From Eledone cirrhosa (lineage: Eukaryota): a DNA stretch of 64,000 bases. Below the pieces are notes generated by a model, which saw nothing but the letters and a program-made list of their open reading frames with translations, did not search any database and was not told the DNA's origin. Within the stretch, counting starts at the first letter, position 1; the number at the start of each line of letters is the position of its first letter. The stretch lies in the NCBI GenBank assembly GCA_964016885.1, contig OZ024759.1, positions 10,106,001 through 10,170,000 of the forward strand, given 5' to 3'. A program made the position numbers and the translations under genes. Shown piece by piece: positions 25,090-39,046 of this stretch.

Positions 25090-26274
25090 TCAGCTGGGTC
25101 CTCGTCCGTGCTGTCGGGTAGTGGTGTATTTTGGGGTTTTGTTGTGTTTGTGTGTGTTTTTGGAGTTGTTTTGGGTGGGGCCGTGTCTTGTGTTATTTTT
25201 CCGTGTTGTTTTTGTTGTTGTTGTGGTGGTGGTGTGGTGGGGGTGGTGGTGGGGGTGGCGGTGGTGGTGTGTGGGGTGTAGGCAAAAGAGCCTTTTTTTT
25301 GTCAATTGAGGACAGGCAGCCCTTAGATGACCCCTGCTTGAACAGTAGTAACATATGAGCCTCCTACCCTCGGCTGAAATGTATATAAATGTTTCTCCAT
25401 CGAGGGACACCCTCTGTGGTATTCTAGCTATTCGTTCTGGTCTCATTTGGTCCAGAACCTCCACGCTCAAACCGCCGAAAACGTCTGTGGTGACTTCTCC
25501 TACTGAGAGGATTCCGTCCTCGTCTTCTAAAAATCCTGTTAGTACCCAGGAAATGCATGCATTTGGCCGGATTCCGGAGACCCTTATCTTCTGCGTTCTT
25601 TTCCCTAAATATGTGGGGAAAAATGTGTGTAGCTTGGAAACAATTGGCGCCACAGAGTATTTCCTGGCCGTCAATTGATCCTTCATTAGCACCGTTATAA
25701 TCCCATAGAGTGGCCCTTTTTGTATGAACGATATATCACTCCACACATTTTTTAGGACCAGCTCAATCTCTTTTTGGGATAATTGAGCTGGTTTCCTTGT
25801 TATGTTGGAAATTGTTCTGAAAGATATCGTTCTTAGTGTCGTGTCTCTTTTGATTTCTTGTGGGGAGGTGATTGTGAAGTCTCCTCCTTCTTTGAAATTT
25901 ACATACTGTTTCGCTTCCTTCATCTTTTCTCTCAGAGTTGTAATGTCCAGTTGCTTGCAGGTTTGTGTTTTCGGGACCGCCTGTGCAAAGGAGGCACCAG
26001 TAGTGGGTTCGCTTTGTTTGGTGTTATCGTTATTTTTTCCTTGGTTGGTGTTGTGACTATTGCTGTTATTGTCGTTGTTGTTTTTGTCTGCGTTTATGTG
26101 ACTTTCTGGGTTTTCACCCATTTTTACAAATTTTTCTTTTAATTCCGTGTTCCATGTTTCTTTTGCAGAAGTGAGGAGGGAAGACTTAGAGCCTTGTGCT
26201 TCTAGCTTCTCTGTATCACCTTTCTTAGGGGGCTTGGCTTTCTCGTTAGGATGAGATGTGAAAATTCCGTCCAT
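25090..26274 (-). CDS. Tx1-like ORF1 (gag-like); probably frameshifted near the A8 run at about 25295 and continuing toward 24538
   Basis: FFPTYLGKRTQKIRVSGI; EGRRLICYYCSSRGHLRAACP (CX2CX4HX4C zinc knuckle); low-complexity tail. Confidence 0.75.
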   Translation of the reverse strand: MDGIFTSHPNEKAKPPKKGDTEKLEAQGSKSSLLTSAKETWNTELKEKFVKMGENPESHINADKNNNDNNSNSHNTNQGKNNDNTKQSEPTTGASFAQAVPKTQTCKQLDITTLREKMKEAKQYVNFKEGGDFTITSPQEIKRDTTLRTISFRTISNITRKPAQLSQKEIELVLKNVWSDISFIQKGPLYGIITVLMKDQLTARKYSVAPIVSKLHTFFPTYLGKRTQKIRVSGIRPNACISWVLTGFLEDEDGILSVGEVTTDVFGGLSVEVLDQMRPERIARIPQRVSLDGETFIYISAEGRRLICYYCSSRGHLRAACPQLTKKRLFCLHPTHHHRHPHHHPHHTTTTTTTKTTRKNNTRHGPTQNNSKNTHKHNKTPKYTTTRQHGRGPS

Positions 26275-26969
26275 TTCTATTAGTTTGCCGTAATAAATTT
26301 TTAACTGGAAAATTCGCCCCAAAAAGGGGCGAAAATAAATAAACTCAAAGTTTGACGACCAAGGCAAGGGGTTAACGTATATTACAGTATAAAAAAATTA
26401 ATCAAAACTCACTTTTGAGTAAGTAAATCCAACTCGGTAGCCGAGCTTGTTCACATACGTCAACACACGTCTCTCGTATACGAGATGTTATGTGAGGTAT
26501 TATGTGAGGTAAAGCCTTTACTGTGAAAATACAATAGTATATATAGAGTAATGTAAATGTTATGTGAGGTAAAGCTTTTACTGTGAAAATACAATAGTAT
26601 ATATAGAGTAATGTAAATGTTGTGAGATATTATGTGAGGTAAAGCCTTTACAGTGAAAATACAATAATATATATAGAGTAATGTAAATGTTGTGAGATAT
26701 TATGTGAGGTAAAGCCTTTACTGTGAAAATACAATAGTATATATAAAGTAATGTAAATGTTGTGAGATATTATGTGAGGTAAAGCCTTTACTGTGAAAAT
26801 ACAATAGTATATATAGAGTAATGTAAATGTTGTGAGATATTATGTGAGGTAAAGCCTTTACTGTGAAAATACAATAGTATATATAGAGTAATGTAAATGC
26901 TAAAGGGTTAAATATTGATATGCCATGTTTCACAGGTATACAAAGATTTCATTCAAATAGATATAGTGT

Positions 26970-27522
26970 GAACAACAACAACAACAACAGCAACAACACC
27001 AACAACACCACTACAACACAACAACAACAACAACAACACCACCACCACCACCACCACCACCACCACCACAACAACAACAACAACAACAACCACACCACCA
27101 CCAACAACAACCACACCACCACCAACAACAACAACACCACCACCACCACAACAACAACCACACCACCACCAACAACAACGCCACCACCACCACCACCACC
27201 ACCACCACCAACGACAACAACAACAACAAGAACAACACATATAAAGATCTCAAAAATTTAAAATATACTAAACGTAACAAACTACTAAAAATCAATTTAC
27301 TTACTCTTGATCAATAGACATATTGGTATGTTAGTTCTCCAGGCTATATCTGTACATAATATATATATATATAGGTATGTATATATGTATATATATAAGT
27401 ATTTATATCATATATATATGTATGTATGTATGCTAGCGTGGAAGATGGACGTTAAACGAAGATGAGGATGATGATGTGTGTGTGTGTATTTATATATTTA
27501 TGTAAACATATATGTATGTGTG

Positions 27523-27553
<31 letters not shown>

Positions 27554-27704
27554 ATTTATATATTTCTGTAAACATATATATATGTGTATATATATATATA
27601 TATGTATGTGTGTGTATTTATATATTTATGTAAACATATATGTATGTGTGTGTATATATATATATATGTATGTGTGTGTATTTATATATTTATGTAAACA
27701 TATA

Positions 27705-27747
<43 letters not shown>

Positions 27748-27842
27748 ATTTATATATTTCTGTAAATATATATATATGTGTGTGTATATATATATATGTA
27801 TGTGTGTGTATTTATATATTTCTGTAAACATATATATATGTG

Positions 27843-27875
<33 letters not shown>

Positions 27876-28389
27876 ATTTATATATTTATTTAAACATATA
27901 TATATATGTATATATATATATATGTGTAAATAGATAGATACACGCACTCACACGTGTTTATATATATATGTATCTATCTACATATATATATATATTTATT
28001 TATATATATGTGGCTGTGTGACCCTGTAGCTATATAGCTGTGTGGCTGTGTGACCCTGTAGCTATATAGCTGTGTGGCTGTGTGACCCTGTAGCTATGTG
28101 GCTGTGTGGTAATACTGGACAAAAGACACGACACGCGAGAGAGGACCTGGAAGTGAGAGAGAGAGTGAGAGAGATAGAGAGAGATTTGTAGGGTGTAGTA
28201 GGAGAGAGAGCTGGAGGGGATAGTAGGAGAGAGAGGGGGGATAGTAGGAGGAAGAGTAAATTGTGAGAAAAATAAATATTTCATTTTTGTAGGTTTATCT
28301 ACTATCTTATCTACTTAATATATGTCATACAAGTATCTCTAGTAGTGGTGGTGGTGGTGGTGGTGGTGGTGGTGGTGGTGGTAGTGGTG

Positions 28390-28438
<49 letters not shown>

Positions 28439-28510
28439 TGGTGGTGGTGGTGGTAGTAGTGGTGGTGGTGGTGGTGGTGGTAGTTGTAGTAGTAGTAGTG
28501 TTGGTGGTGA
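26970..28510. repeat. Microsatellite cluster: (CAA/CAC)n, compound (TA/TG)n, short GC-richer duplications, (GTA/GTG)n
   Basis: Directly visible at 26970-27240, 27360-28010, 28010-28110 and 28340-28510. Confidence 0.85.
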
Positions 28511-30329
28511 CCCCGATTGCAGAGCTCAAGCCGTTTCGACGGCTATTTCTGGACTAAAAAAAAAAAAAAAAAAAACTATATATAAAATATATATATATAA
28601 ATGAAAAATATAGAAATTGTTGTAGCAAGAAGCTAACAGTACTCCATAACATATAGTTATATAAAATATATATATATATATATTCATAGGAAAATGGAAA
28701 AACTCATTGTAAGAAAGCTGTTAAAATAGCAAAATACCATTGAAGCAGCCTTGTGTAAAACATTACCTTGAAGGATAGAAATCAGCGGCTTGATGTGAAT
28801 TGACTCAAAGAAATGATAAGAAGGAAGAAATAGAATGGATGAGAAGAGATCACAAACATTAAAATACACTCATCAGATTTCAGACCATCTGCAGTTTCAA
28901 CGATTTACCTGAAATCCCATCGAACCACTCATTTCTATCCTACGAGGTAATATTTTACCCAATGCCACTTCGACAGTATTTTGCTGTTTTAACAGCTTCC
29001 TTACGCCGAGTTTTTCGATTTTCCTACGAATTCTAATACACTCACATTTCAAAACTCGATATTCGAGTTCATTTTGTATATATCATCATCATCATCACCG
29101 TTTTACGTCCATTCTTCCACGCTAGCATGGGTTAGATGGGTTGTCCTGTTGTGGGCAATGCCAGGTCAGGTGACCATGTCTTGCTCATACAGAACTGATT
29201 TTGGCTTGATTTCTACAGCTGGATGCCCTTCCTAACACCAACCTCATTTACAATGAGTGCTGGGTGCTTTTTTACTGTGCCACCTACACGACCACTTTAC
29301 AGTGTGGGCTGGGTGCTTTTTGTCGTGACATCTACACGAATACTTTGCAGTGGGAGGGGGTGAGGGCATACTGTCTATATGCTTGTACCTGTGGGAATTC
29401 GAGTCTTCTGTATTACTGCATAACGCCAGAGGTCACAGTCCTGTGTCATTGCCTTTGAGAGGTGTAATTGGGCAAAGTCAGCCTTTATAACCTCATCCCA
29501 TGTCTTCTTGGGTCTCGCCACTCCAAGGCTTCCATACTACTTAGCTCTTAAATCTTAGTCCACCTTGTTCCATTGGTAACATAAGTCAACCAATCATCTC
29601 CAACCCTATCAGTTGGTCATTGACATCTGTGCCAGGTGATGGCACACTGTTTGTCACTTTAGAATGTCTGCCACCAGGTCATCTTCGGTTGGCCTCTTTT
29701 TTGCTGGCTTTCGAGAAGAGTCCACATCATCACTATTTTCGACAGGCGATGTTCAGGGAGGTACAGAATGTGACCCACAAATGGAACCGACACCCCGTGA
29801 CGATCTCCTGCAGTGTACATGACCCTGCTCTCCACAGGTGTGTGCGTGTATAGTTTTTGTGGGATTCAACCAACCAATAAACATTTTTCTTTTATATTAT
29901 ATACTAGCTGAATTACCCGGCATTGCTTGGGTTACTGCTGTTCTTATTCAGATTAGTAAACAATAAATATGAAGATATGTTTTTTTTCCTCAAACATTTA
30001 GAAAGCTGTAGCTACGCAAAAACACTGGTGGTTATTGCCCCCCCCCCCTCCCCATATATATATGGGGGGGGGGGAGATGATATAATATATAATATGTATC
30101 AAAAGAAAATCCAGCTGTGGAAACCATGCCTGCCAAAGAGGGTTAAGAGGGCTCTTCAGTATGTCAAAGGTACAAGAATCTCTCTGGTGTTGGTGACACA
30201 ATAAAATGCACCAAGAAGCATTAGGAAGAACATCTAGCTGTGGAAACTATGCCAAAAGTCAATACCTAATTGTAGCTACTGTCCTTCTTGGTAGATATTT
30301 GACACAACTGGGGTCAAGGAGCATTAACA

Positions 30330-30800
30330 ACAGACTACAGATCAAAGACATCCTCCCTTCAGCCAAAAGCCGCCTTAAATCCAAGAAATGTTTCCTAAAG
30401 AGCGTCACACCCCTTGGAACATCAAGCTCAAGTAGTGAAACAGTCACTTGCTGGGAAGAAAATCTTAACAACTTCCCATCTGTAACAACATTGGAGCTAA
30501 AGGTGAGTGAAGCACTACCCCCCCCCCCCCCCCCGGAGCAGATACAAACTATGCAGTGTGGAAATGCCTAAACAGATTAAGATCTGGTGTTTGACATACA
30601 GAAGTCACTCTTACAAATTGGGGATATTTAAAGGAAGGGAACGTTGTGTGTGACTGCAGCATCAAACCACAGACTATACAACCTCTCCTGATATTCCCCC
30701 TGCTGGAACACCCCTGCATAGTATTGGACTTGGCAGAGTTTAATGAGAAAGGACAGCAATGCGTTCAGCTGTGACGGAACCACATCTAGCCAAGCTTTGT
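30330..30800 (+). mobile_element. Decayed LINE ORF2 C-terminus, RTE-X-like
   Basis: SRLKSKKCFLKSVTPL; WKCLNRLRSGV*HTEVTLTNWGY; CDCSIKPQTIQPLLIFPLLEHPCIVLDLAEFN. Confidence 0.6.
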
Positions 30801-32157
30801 AACTGACACTCTTGTGGACCAGACAAGAAAGAAAGACATAACTGAACAGTCTTCTCAACCCTTTGTTCAGCAGATTTTCTACATCCGGATGCCTTTCCTA
30901 TAACCAGTTACATTACAGAGTGTACTTGGTGCATTTATCAGGCAAATCTCAAACATTTGGGACACTGTCATGACCTCAACACAACTAAAGAATTCTTTGA
31001 ATGCTTTTTTAGGCATGGTTTCCTAGCACCAATAACTTCACAGAGTGTATTGGGTGCATTTTATCATGGCATAAACATTGGGGAGGTAGTCATGTCTTTA
31101 ACACAACTGAAGAGTCCTTTTGTATACCATGGACCGGCTTCATACCGGACAATCTTTCCACTGACCGGTAGTTGTACATATTTAAGTGTATTTTGATAAA
31201 GAGAGAAATAATTGTTTCTACTTTAGGCACAAGGCCAGCAATTACCCAGTACATTACTGGTACTTTATTTTATCGACCCCGTAAGGAGGAAAGGCAAAGT
31301 CAACCTCGGCGGGATTTGAACTCAGATCGTAAAGGGACGTAACTATGCTGGAAAGCATGGCGTCCGACCCTCTACTGATACTGCCAATCCATCGCCTCCG
31401 ACCAATCCACCGATAAAGAGAGAAATAATAAAAAGAGCAATTTATTAAAGACAAGAAAAAGTGTATTGAGTATACGAATATTGAATATTTAAAGAAAGCT
31501 TTTTAAATTAAAGTCCAATATTCAATTTATCTATTATATAATATTAAACAAGTTAATTATTCTTTGTGGCCTGGTAGCAAATGATCCATAGATCGGTCCG
31601 CAGCCCGGGGGTTGGGGACCTCTGCTCTTGCCTCTTTGTTCAACATAGTTTCTATGTTTGGATCCATTCCCTAACACCAACCACTTTACAGTGAGAGAAC
31701 TGGGGGAATTTTATCAGGGAAATCACAAACACGAGGAACATGGCCATATCCTTGAGACATTAGAAAAATTGTCTCAATTTTGTGTTTAGGTTGTTTCTAT
31801 TTTATGGTATTTTGTGTTCTGCTCTACTAACTCTCAATTCACTGCCTTCAACCCAACACCGAGGTTTTCTAATCTGCTACTTATGTGATCATAAGTAAAC
31901 CGGACACAATTTCAAAAGGAGTGCTGTGGTACTTGACACGCATACTATTTGTTTGTTGTATGAAATATTGTTTCAATCTTTTCTGTATTACTTTTAAGGT
32001 ATAATTACCCCAATCTCCTACATTTAAATTCCCGTTTGTAATAATATTTCTAACTTTCTCATTATAAAAATAGTGTTTGAAACATAGGTTCTTACATAAA
32101 ATCATGATGGAAGGTTTTTTTTAGATAAATATAAATACCTTAACTCTTCTATTTGTC

Positions 32158-35100
32158 ATTAACCCTTTCATTACCATATTTCTAATGAAAGACACTGTCT
32201 ATGTCATTAACCCTTTCATTACCATATTTCTAATGAAAGACACTGTCTATGTCATTAACCCTTTCATTACCATATTTCTAATGAAAGACACTATCTATGT
32301 CATTAACCCTTTCATTACCATATTTCTAATGAAAAACACTGTCTATGTCATTAACCCTTTCATTATCATATTTCTAATGAAAGACACTGTCTATGTCATT
32401 AACCCTTTCATTACCATATTTCTAATGAAAGATACTGTCTATGTCATTAACCCTTTCATTACCATATTTCTAATGAAAGACACTGTCTATGTCATTAACC
32501 CTTCCATTACCATATTTCTAATGAAAGACACTGTCAATGTCATTAAACCCCTCATTACCATATTTCTAATGAAAGATACTGTCTATGTCATTAACCCTTT
32601 CATTACCATATTTCTAATGAAAGACACTGTCTATGTCACTAACCCTTTCATTACCATATTTCTAATGAAAGATACTGTCAATGTCATTAACCCCCTCATT
32701 ACCATATTTCTAATGAAAGACACTGTCTATGTCATTAACCCTTTCATTACCATATTTCTAATGAAAGACACTGTCTATGTCATTAACCCTTTCATTACCA
32801 TATTTCTAATGAAAGACACTGTCTATGTCATTAACCCTTTCATTACCATATTTCTAATGAAAGACACTGTCTATGTCACTAACCCTTTCATTACCATATT
32901 TCTAATGAAAGATACTGTCAATGTCATTAACCCCCTCATTAACATATTTCTAATGAAAGACACTGTCTATGTCATTAACCCTTTCATTACCATATTTCTA
33001 ATGAAAGACACTGTCTATGTCATTAACCCTTTCATTACCATATTTCTAATGAAAGACACTGTCTATGTCATTAACCCTTTCATTACCATATTTCTAATGA
33101 AAGACACTATCTATGTCATTAACCCTTTCATTACCATATTTCTAATGAAAGACACTGTCTATGTCATTAACCCTTTCATTATCATATTTCTAATGAAAGA
33201 CACTGTCTATGTCATTAACCCTTTCATTAACATATTTCTAATGATAGATACTGTCTATGTCATTAACCCTTTCATTACCATATTTCTAATGAAAGACACT
33301 GTCTATGTCATTAACCCTTCCATTACCATATTTCTAATGAAAGACACTGTCAATATCATTAAACCCCTCATTACCATATTTCTAATGAAAGACACTGTCT
33401 ATGTCATTAACCCTTTCATTACCATATTTCTAATGAAAGATACTGTCTATGTCACTAACCCTTTCATTACCATATTTCTAATGAAAGATACTGTCAATGT
33501 CATTAACCCCCTCATTACCATATTTCTAATGAAAGACACTGTCTATGTCATTAACCCTTTCATTACCATATTTCTAATGAAAGACACTGTCTATGTCATT
33601 AACCCTTTCATTACCATATTTCTAATGAAAGACACTGTCTATGTCATTAACCCTTTCATTACCATATTTCTAATGAAAGACACTGTCTATGTCACTAACC
33701 CTTTCATTACCATATTTCTAATGAAAGATACTGTCAATGTCATTAACCCCCTCATTACCATATTTCTAATGAAAGACACTGTCTATGTCATTAACCCTTT
33801 CATTACCATATTTCTAATGAAAGACACTGTCTATGTCATTAACCCTTTCATTATCATATTTCTAATGAAAGACACTGTCTATGTCATTAACCCTTTCATT
33901 ACCATATTTCTAATGAAAGACACTGTCTATGTCATTAACCCTTTCATTACCATATTTCTAATGAAAGACACTGTCAATGTCATTAACCCTTTCATTACCA
34001 TATTTCTAATGAAAGACACTGTCTATGTCATTAACCCTTTCATTACCATATTTCTAATGAAAGACACTGTCAATGTCATTAACCCTTTCATTACCATATT
34101 TCTAATGAAAGACCCTGTCTATGTCATTAACCCTTTCATTACCATATTTCTAATGAAAGACACTGTCTATGTCATTAACCCTTTCATTACCATATTTCTA
34201 ATGAAAGACACTGTCAATGTCATTAACCCTTTCATTACCATATTTCTAATGAAAGACACTGTCTATGTCATTAACCCTTTCATTACCATATTTCTAATGA
34301 AAGACACTGTCAATGTCATTAACCCTTTCATTACCATATTTCTAATGAAAGACCCTGTCTATGTCATTAACCCTTTCATTACCATATTTCTAATGAAAGA
34401 CACTGTCTATGTCATTAACCCTTTCATTACCATATTTCTAATGAAAGACACTGTCTATGTCATTAACCCTTTCATTACCATATTTCTAATGAAAGACACT
34501 GTCTATGTCATTAACCCTTTCATTACCATATTTCTAATGAAAGACACTGTCTATGTCATTAACCCTTTCATTACCCTATTTCTAATGAAGGACACTGTCT
34601 ATGTCATTAACCCCCTCATTACCATATTTCTAATGAAAGACATTGTCTATGTCATTAACCCTTTCATTGCCATATTTCTAATGAAAGACACTGTTTATGT
34701 CTTTAACCCTTTCATTGCCATATTTCTAATGAAAGACACTGTCTATGTCATTAACCCTTTCATTACCATATTTCTAATGAAAGACACTGTCAATGTCATT
34801 AACCCTTTCATTACCATATTTCTAATGAAAGACCCTGTCTATGTCATTAACCCTTTCATTACCATATTTCTAATGAAAGACACTGTCTATGTCATTAACC
34901 CTTTCATTACCATATTTCTAATGAAAGACACTGTCTATGTCATTAACCCTTTCATTACCATATTTCTAATGAAAGACACTGTCTATGTCATTAACCCTTT
35001 CATTACCATATTTCTAATGAAAGACACTGTCTATGTCATTAACCCTTTCATTACCCTATTTCTAATGAAGGACACTGTCTATGTCATTAACCCCCTCATT

Positions 35101-35450
35101 ACCATATTTCTAATGAAAGACATTGTCTATGTCATTAACCCTTTCATTGCCATATTTCTAATGAAAGACACTGTCTATGTCATTAACCCTTTCATTACCC
35201 TATTTCTAATGAAGGACACTGTCTATGTCATTAACCCCCTCATTACCATATTTCTAATGAAAGACACTGTTTATGTCATTAACCCTTTCATTGCCATATT
35301 TCTAATGAAAGACACTGTCTATGTCATTAACTTTTTCATTACCATATTTCTAATGAAAGACACTACATCATTAACCCTTTCATTACCATATTTCTAATGA
35401 AAGATACTGTCTATGTCATTAACCCTTTCGTTATCCTATTTCTAATGAAA
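32158..35450. repeat. 48-bp minisatellite, about 68 copies, each containing TTAACCCTTT (piggyBac-like terminus)
   Basis: Unit TTAACCCTTTCATTACCATATTTCTAATGAAAGACACTGTCTATGTCA; accounts for the 1070-aa pseudo-ORF. Confidence 0.95.
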
Positions 35451-35674
35451 GAATCTACCTATGATTTTCAAATAATTTCTTTACATAATTAGTATTTAAA
35501 GGGGATTTAGTAATGTAACTAATTTTCTAATAAGTTTAGTGTTCAGAACATAACTTAACAAAGGTTCTTACATAAAATTATGATGGAACTTTTTAAAGAT
35601 AAATATAAATAGATAAACCACTACACCCCTTCCATACACACCCCTACACCATCCTCCCACTTCTGTTCACACCG

Positions 35675-38600
35675 ACTAAAAGCACCCAGTCCACTCTGTA
35701 AAGTGGTTGTGTAGGTGTCACAACTAAAAGCACCCAGTCCACTCTGTAAAGTGGTTGTATAGGTGTCACAACTAAAAGCACCCAGTCCACTCTGTAAAGT
35801 GGTTCTGTAGGTGTCACAACTAAAAGCACCCAGTCCACACTGTAAAGTGGTTGTATAGGTGTCACAACTAAAAGCACCCAGTCCACTCTGTAAAGTGGTT
35901 GTATAGGTGTCACAACTAAAAGCACCCAGTCCACTCTGTAAAGTGGTTGTATAGGTGTCACAACTAAAAGCACCCAGTCCACTCTGTAAAGTGGTTCTGT
36001 AGGTGTCACAACTAAAAGCACCCAGTCCACTCTGTAAAGTGGTTGTGTAGGTGTCACAACAAAAAGCATACAGTCCACTCTGTAAAGTGGTTGTATAGGT
36101 GTCACAACTAAAAGCACCCAGTCCACTCTGTAAAGTGGTTGTATAGGTGTCACGACTAAAAGCACCCAGTCCACTCTGTAAAGTGGTTGTATAGGTGTCA
36201 CGACTAAAAGCACCCAGTCCACTCTGTAAAGTGGTTGTATAGGTGTCACAACTAAAAGCACCCAGTCCACACTGTAAAGTGGTTGTATAGGTGTCACGAC
36301 TAAAAGCACCCAGTCCACTCTGTAAAGTGGTTGTATAGGTGTCACAACTAAAAGCACCCAGTCCACACTGTAAAGTGGTTGTGTAGGTGTCACAACAAAA
36401 AGCACCCAGTCCACTCTGTAAAGTGGTTGTGTAGGTGTCACAACTAAAAGCACCCAGTCCACACTGTAAAGTGGTTGTGTAGGTGTCACAACTAAAAGCA
36501 CCCAGTCCACACTGTAAAGTGGTAGTGTAGGTGTCACAACTAAAAGCACCCAGTCCACACTGTAAAGTGGTTGTGTAGGTGTCACAACTAAAAGCACCCA
36601 GTCCACACTGTAAAGTGGTTGTATAGGTGTCACAACTAAAAGCACCCAGTCCACACTGTAAAGTGGTTGTGTAGGTGTCACAACTAAAAGCACCCAGTCC
36701 ACACTGTAAAGTGGTTGTATAGGTATCACACTGTAAAGTGGTTGTGTAGGTGTCACAACTAAAAGCACCCAGTCCACTCTGTAAAGTGGTTGTATAGGTG
36801 TCACAACTAAAAGCACCCAGTCCACTCTGTAAAGTGGTTGTATAGGTGTCACAACTAAAAGCACCCAGTCCACACTGTAAAGTGATTGTATAGGTGTCAC
36901 AACTAAAAGCACCCATTTCACTCTGTAAAGTGGTTGTATAGGTGTCACAACTAAAAGCACCCAGTCCACTCTGTAAAGTGGTTGTATAGGTGTCACAACT
37001 AAAAGCACCCAGTCCACACTGTAAAGTGGTTGTATAGGTGTCACAACTAAAAGCACCCAGTCCACTCTGTAAAGTGGTTCTGTAGGTGTCACAACTAAAA
37101 GCACCCAGTCCACTCTGTAAAGTGGTTGTGTAGGTGTCACAACAAAAAGCACCCAGTCCACTCTGTAAAGTGGTTGTATAGGTGTCACAACTAAAAGCAC
37201 CCAGTCCACTCTGTAAAGTGGTTGTATAGGTGTCACGACTAAAAGCACCCAGTCCACTCTGTAAAGTGGTTGTATAGGTGTCACGACTAAAAGCACCCAG
37301 TCCACTCTGTAAAGTGGTTGTATAGGTGTCACAACTAAAAGCACCCAGTCCACACTGTAAAGTGATTGTATAGGTGTCACAACTAAAAGCACCCAGTCCA
37401 CTCTGTAAAGTGGTTGTATAGGTGTCACAACTAAAAGCACCCAGTCCACTCTGTAAAGTGGTTGTATAGGTGTCACAACTAAAAGCACCCAGTCCACACT
37501 GTAAAGTGGTTGTATAGGTGTCACAACTAAAAGCACCCAGTCCACTCTGTAAAGTGGTTGTGTAGGTGTCACAACAAAAAGCACCCAGCACACTCTGTAA
37601 AGTGGTTGTATAGGTGTCACGACTAAAAGCACCCAGTCCACACTGTAAAGTGGTTGTGTAGGTGTCACAACTAAAAGCACCCAGCCCACACTGTAAAGTG
37701 GTTGTATAGGTGTCACAACACAAAAGCACCCAGTCCACACTGTAAAGTGGTTGTATAAGTGTCACAACTAAAAGCACCCAGCCCACACTGTAAAGTGGTT
37801 GTGTAGGTGTCACAACTAAAAGCACCCAGTCCACACTGTAAAGTGTTTGTATAGGTGTCACAACTAAAAGCACCCAGTCCACTCTGTAAAGTGGTCATGT
37901 AGGTGTCACAACAAAAAGTACCCAGTCCACACTGTAAAGTGGTTGTATAGGTGTCACAACTAAAAGCACCCAGTCCACTCTGTAAAGTGGTTGTATAGGT
38001 GTCACAACTAAAAGCACCCAGTCCACACTGTAAAGTGGTTGTGTAGGTGTCACAACTAAAAGCACCCAGTCCACACTGTAAAGTGTTTGTATAGGTGTCA
38101 CAACTAAAAGCACCCAGTCCACACTGTAAAGTGGTTGTGTAGGTGTCACGACTAAAAGCACCCAGTCCACTCTGTAAAGTGGTTGTGTAGGTGTCACAAC
38201 TAAAAGCACCCAGTCCACTCTGTAAAGTGGTTGTATAGGTGTCACAACTAAAAGCACCCAGTCCACTCTGTAAAGTGGTTGTATAGGTGTCACGACTAAA
38301 AGCACCCAGTCCACTCTGTAAAGTGGTTGTATAGGTGTCACAACTAAAAGCACCCAGTCCACTCTGTAAAGTGGTTGTATAGGTGTTACAACTAAAAGCA
38401 CCCAGTCCACTCTGTAAAGTGGTTGTATAGGTGTCACGACTAAAAGCACACAGTCCACTCTGTAAAGTGGTTGTGTAGGTGTCACAACTAAAAGCACCCA
38501 GTCCACTCTGTAAAGTGGTTGTATAGGTGTCACGACTAAAAGCACCCAGTCCACTCTGTAAAGTGGTTGTATAGGTGTCACAACTAAAAGCACCCAGTCC

Positions 38601-39008
38601 ACACTGTAAAGTGGTTGTATAGGTGTCACAACTAAAAGCACCCAGTCCACACTGTAAAGTGGTTGTGTAGGTGTCACAACTAAAAGCACCCAGTCCACTC
38701 TGTAAAGTGGTTGTATAGGTGTCACAACTAAAAGCACCCAGTCCACTCTGTAAAGTGTTTGTATAGGTGTCACAACTAAAAGCACCCAGTCCACTCTGTA
38801 AAGTGGTTGTATAGGTGTCACAACTAAAAGCACCCAGCACACACTGTCAATGTGGTTGGCATTAGGAAGGGTATCCAGCTGTAGAAAACTAGCCAGAAAC
38901 AGTCCTATATGAGTAAGACACAGTCATCTGACCCAACTTGCCTCTAATGGGACAACCCGCCTAACCCATGCTAGTGCGGAAGATGGACGTTAAACAATGA
39001 TGATGATA
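35675..39008 (+). repeat. SINE-B with internal 48-bp unit expanded to about 66 copies, SINE tail at 38845-39008
   Basis: Unit AAAGCACCCAGTCCACTCTGTAAAGTGGTTGTATAGGTGTCACAACTA running into TTAGGAAGGGTATCCAGCTGTAGAAA...ACCCATGCTAGTGCGGAAGATGGACGTTAAAC(ATG)n. Confidence 0.92.
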
Positions 39009-39046
39009 ATAATAAAAAACAGTTTTACTAACTCATCAATATATAT

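Larger units (their letters stand above)
21801..26484 (-). mobile_element. L1/Tx1-clade non-LTR retrotransposon, both ends apparently present, RT core deleted
   Basis: 5' UTR, ORF1 with CCHC knuckle, ORF2 with APE endonuclease and zf-RVT-type C-terminus, AATAAA at 21807-21812 (minus strand). Confidence 0.9.
21556..26907 (-). mobile_element. piggyBac-like MITE with 72-bp array, hosting the Tx1-like LINE insertion
   Basis: TTAA|CCCTTTAATGTTCA at the left end and AAATGCTAAAGGG|TTAA at the right end; repeat units on both sides of the LINE. Confidence 0.8.

Noticed and set aside
28766-28910. Possible further upstream exon with a GTAATG donor
   Set aside because: No in-frame ATG or convincing acceptor; cannot be supported without transcript data.
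32185-35397. 1070-aa ORF
   Set aside because: Translation of a 48-bp tandem repeat derived from a transposon end; no unique domain or splice context.
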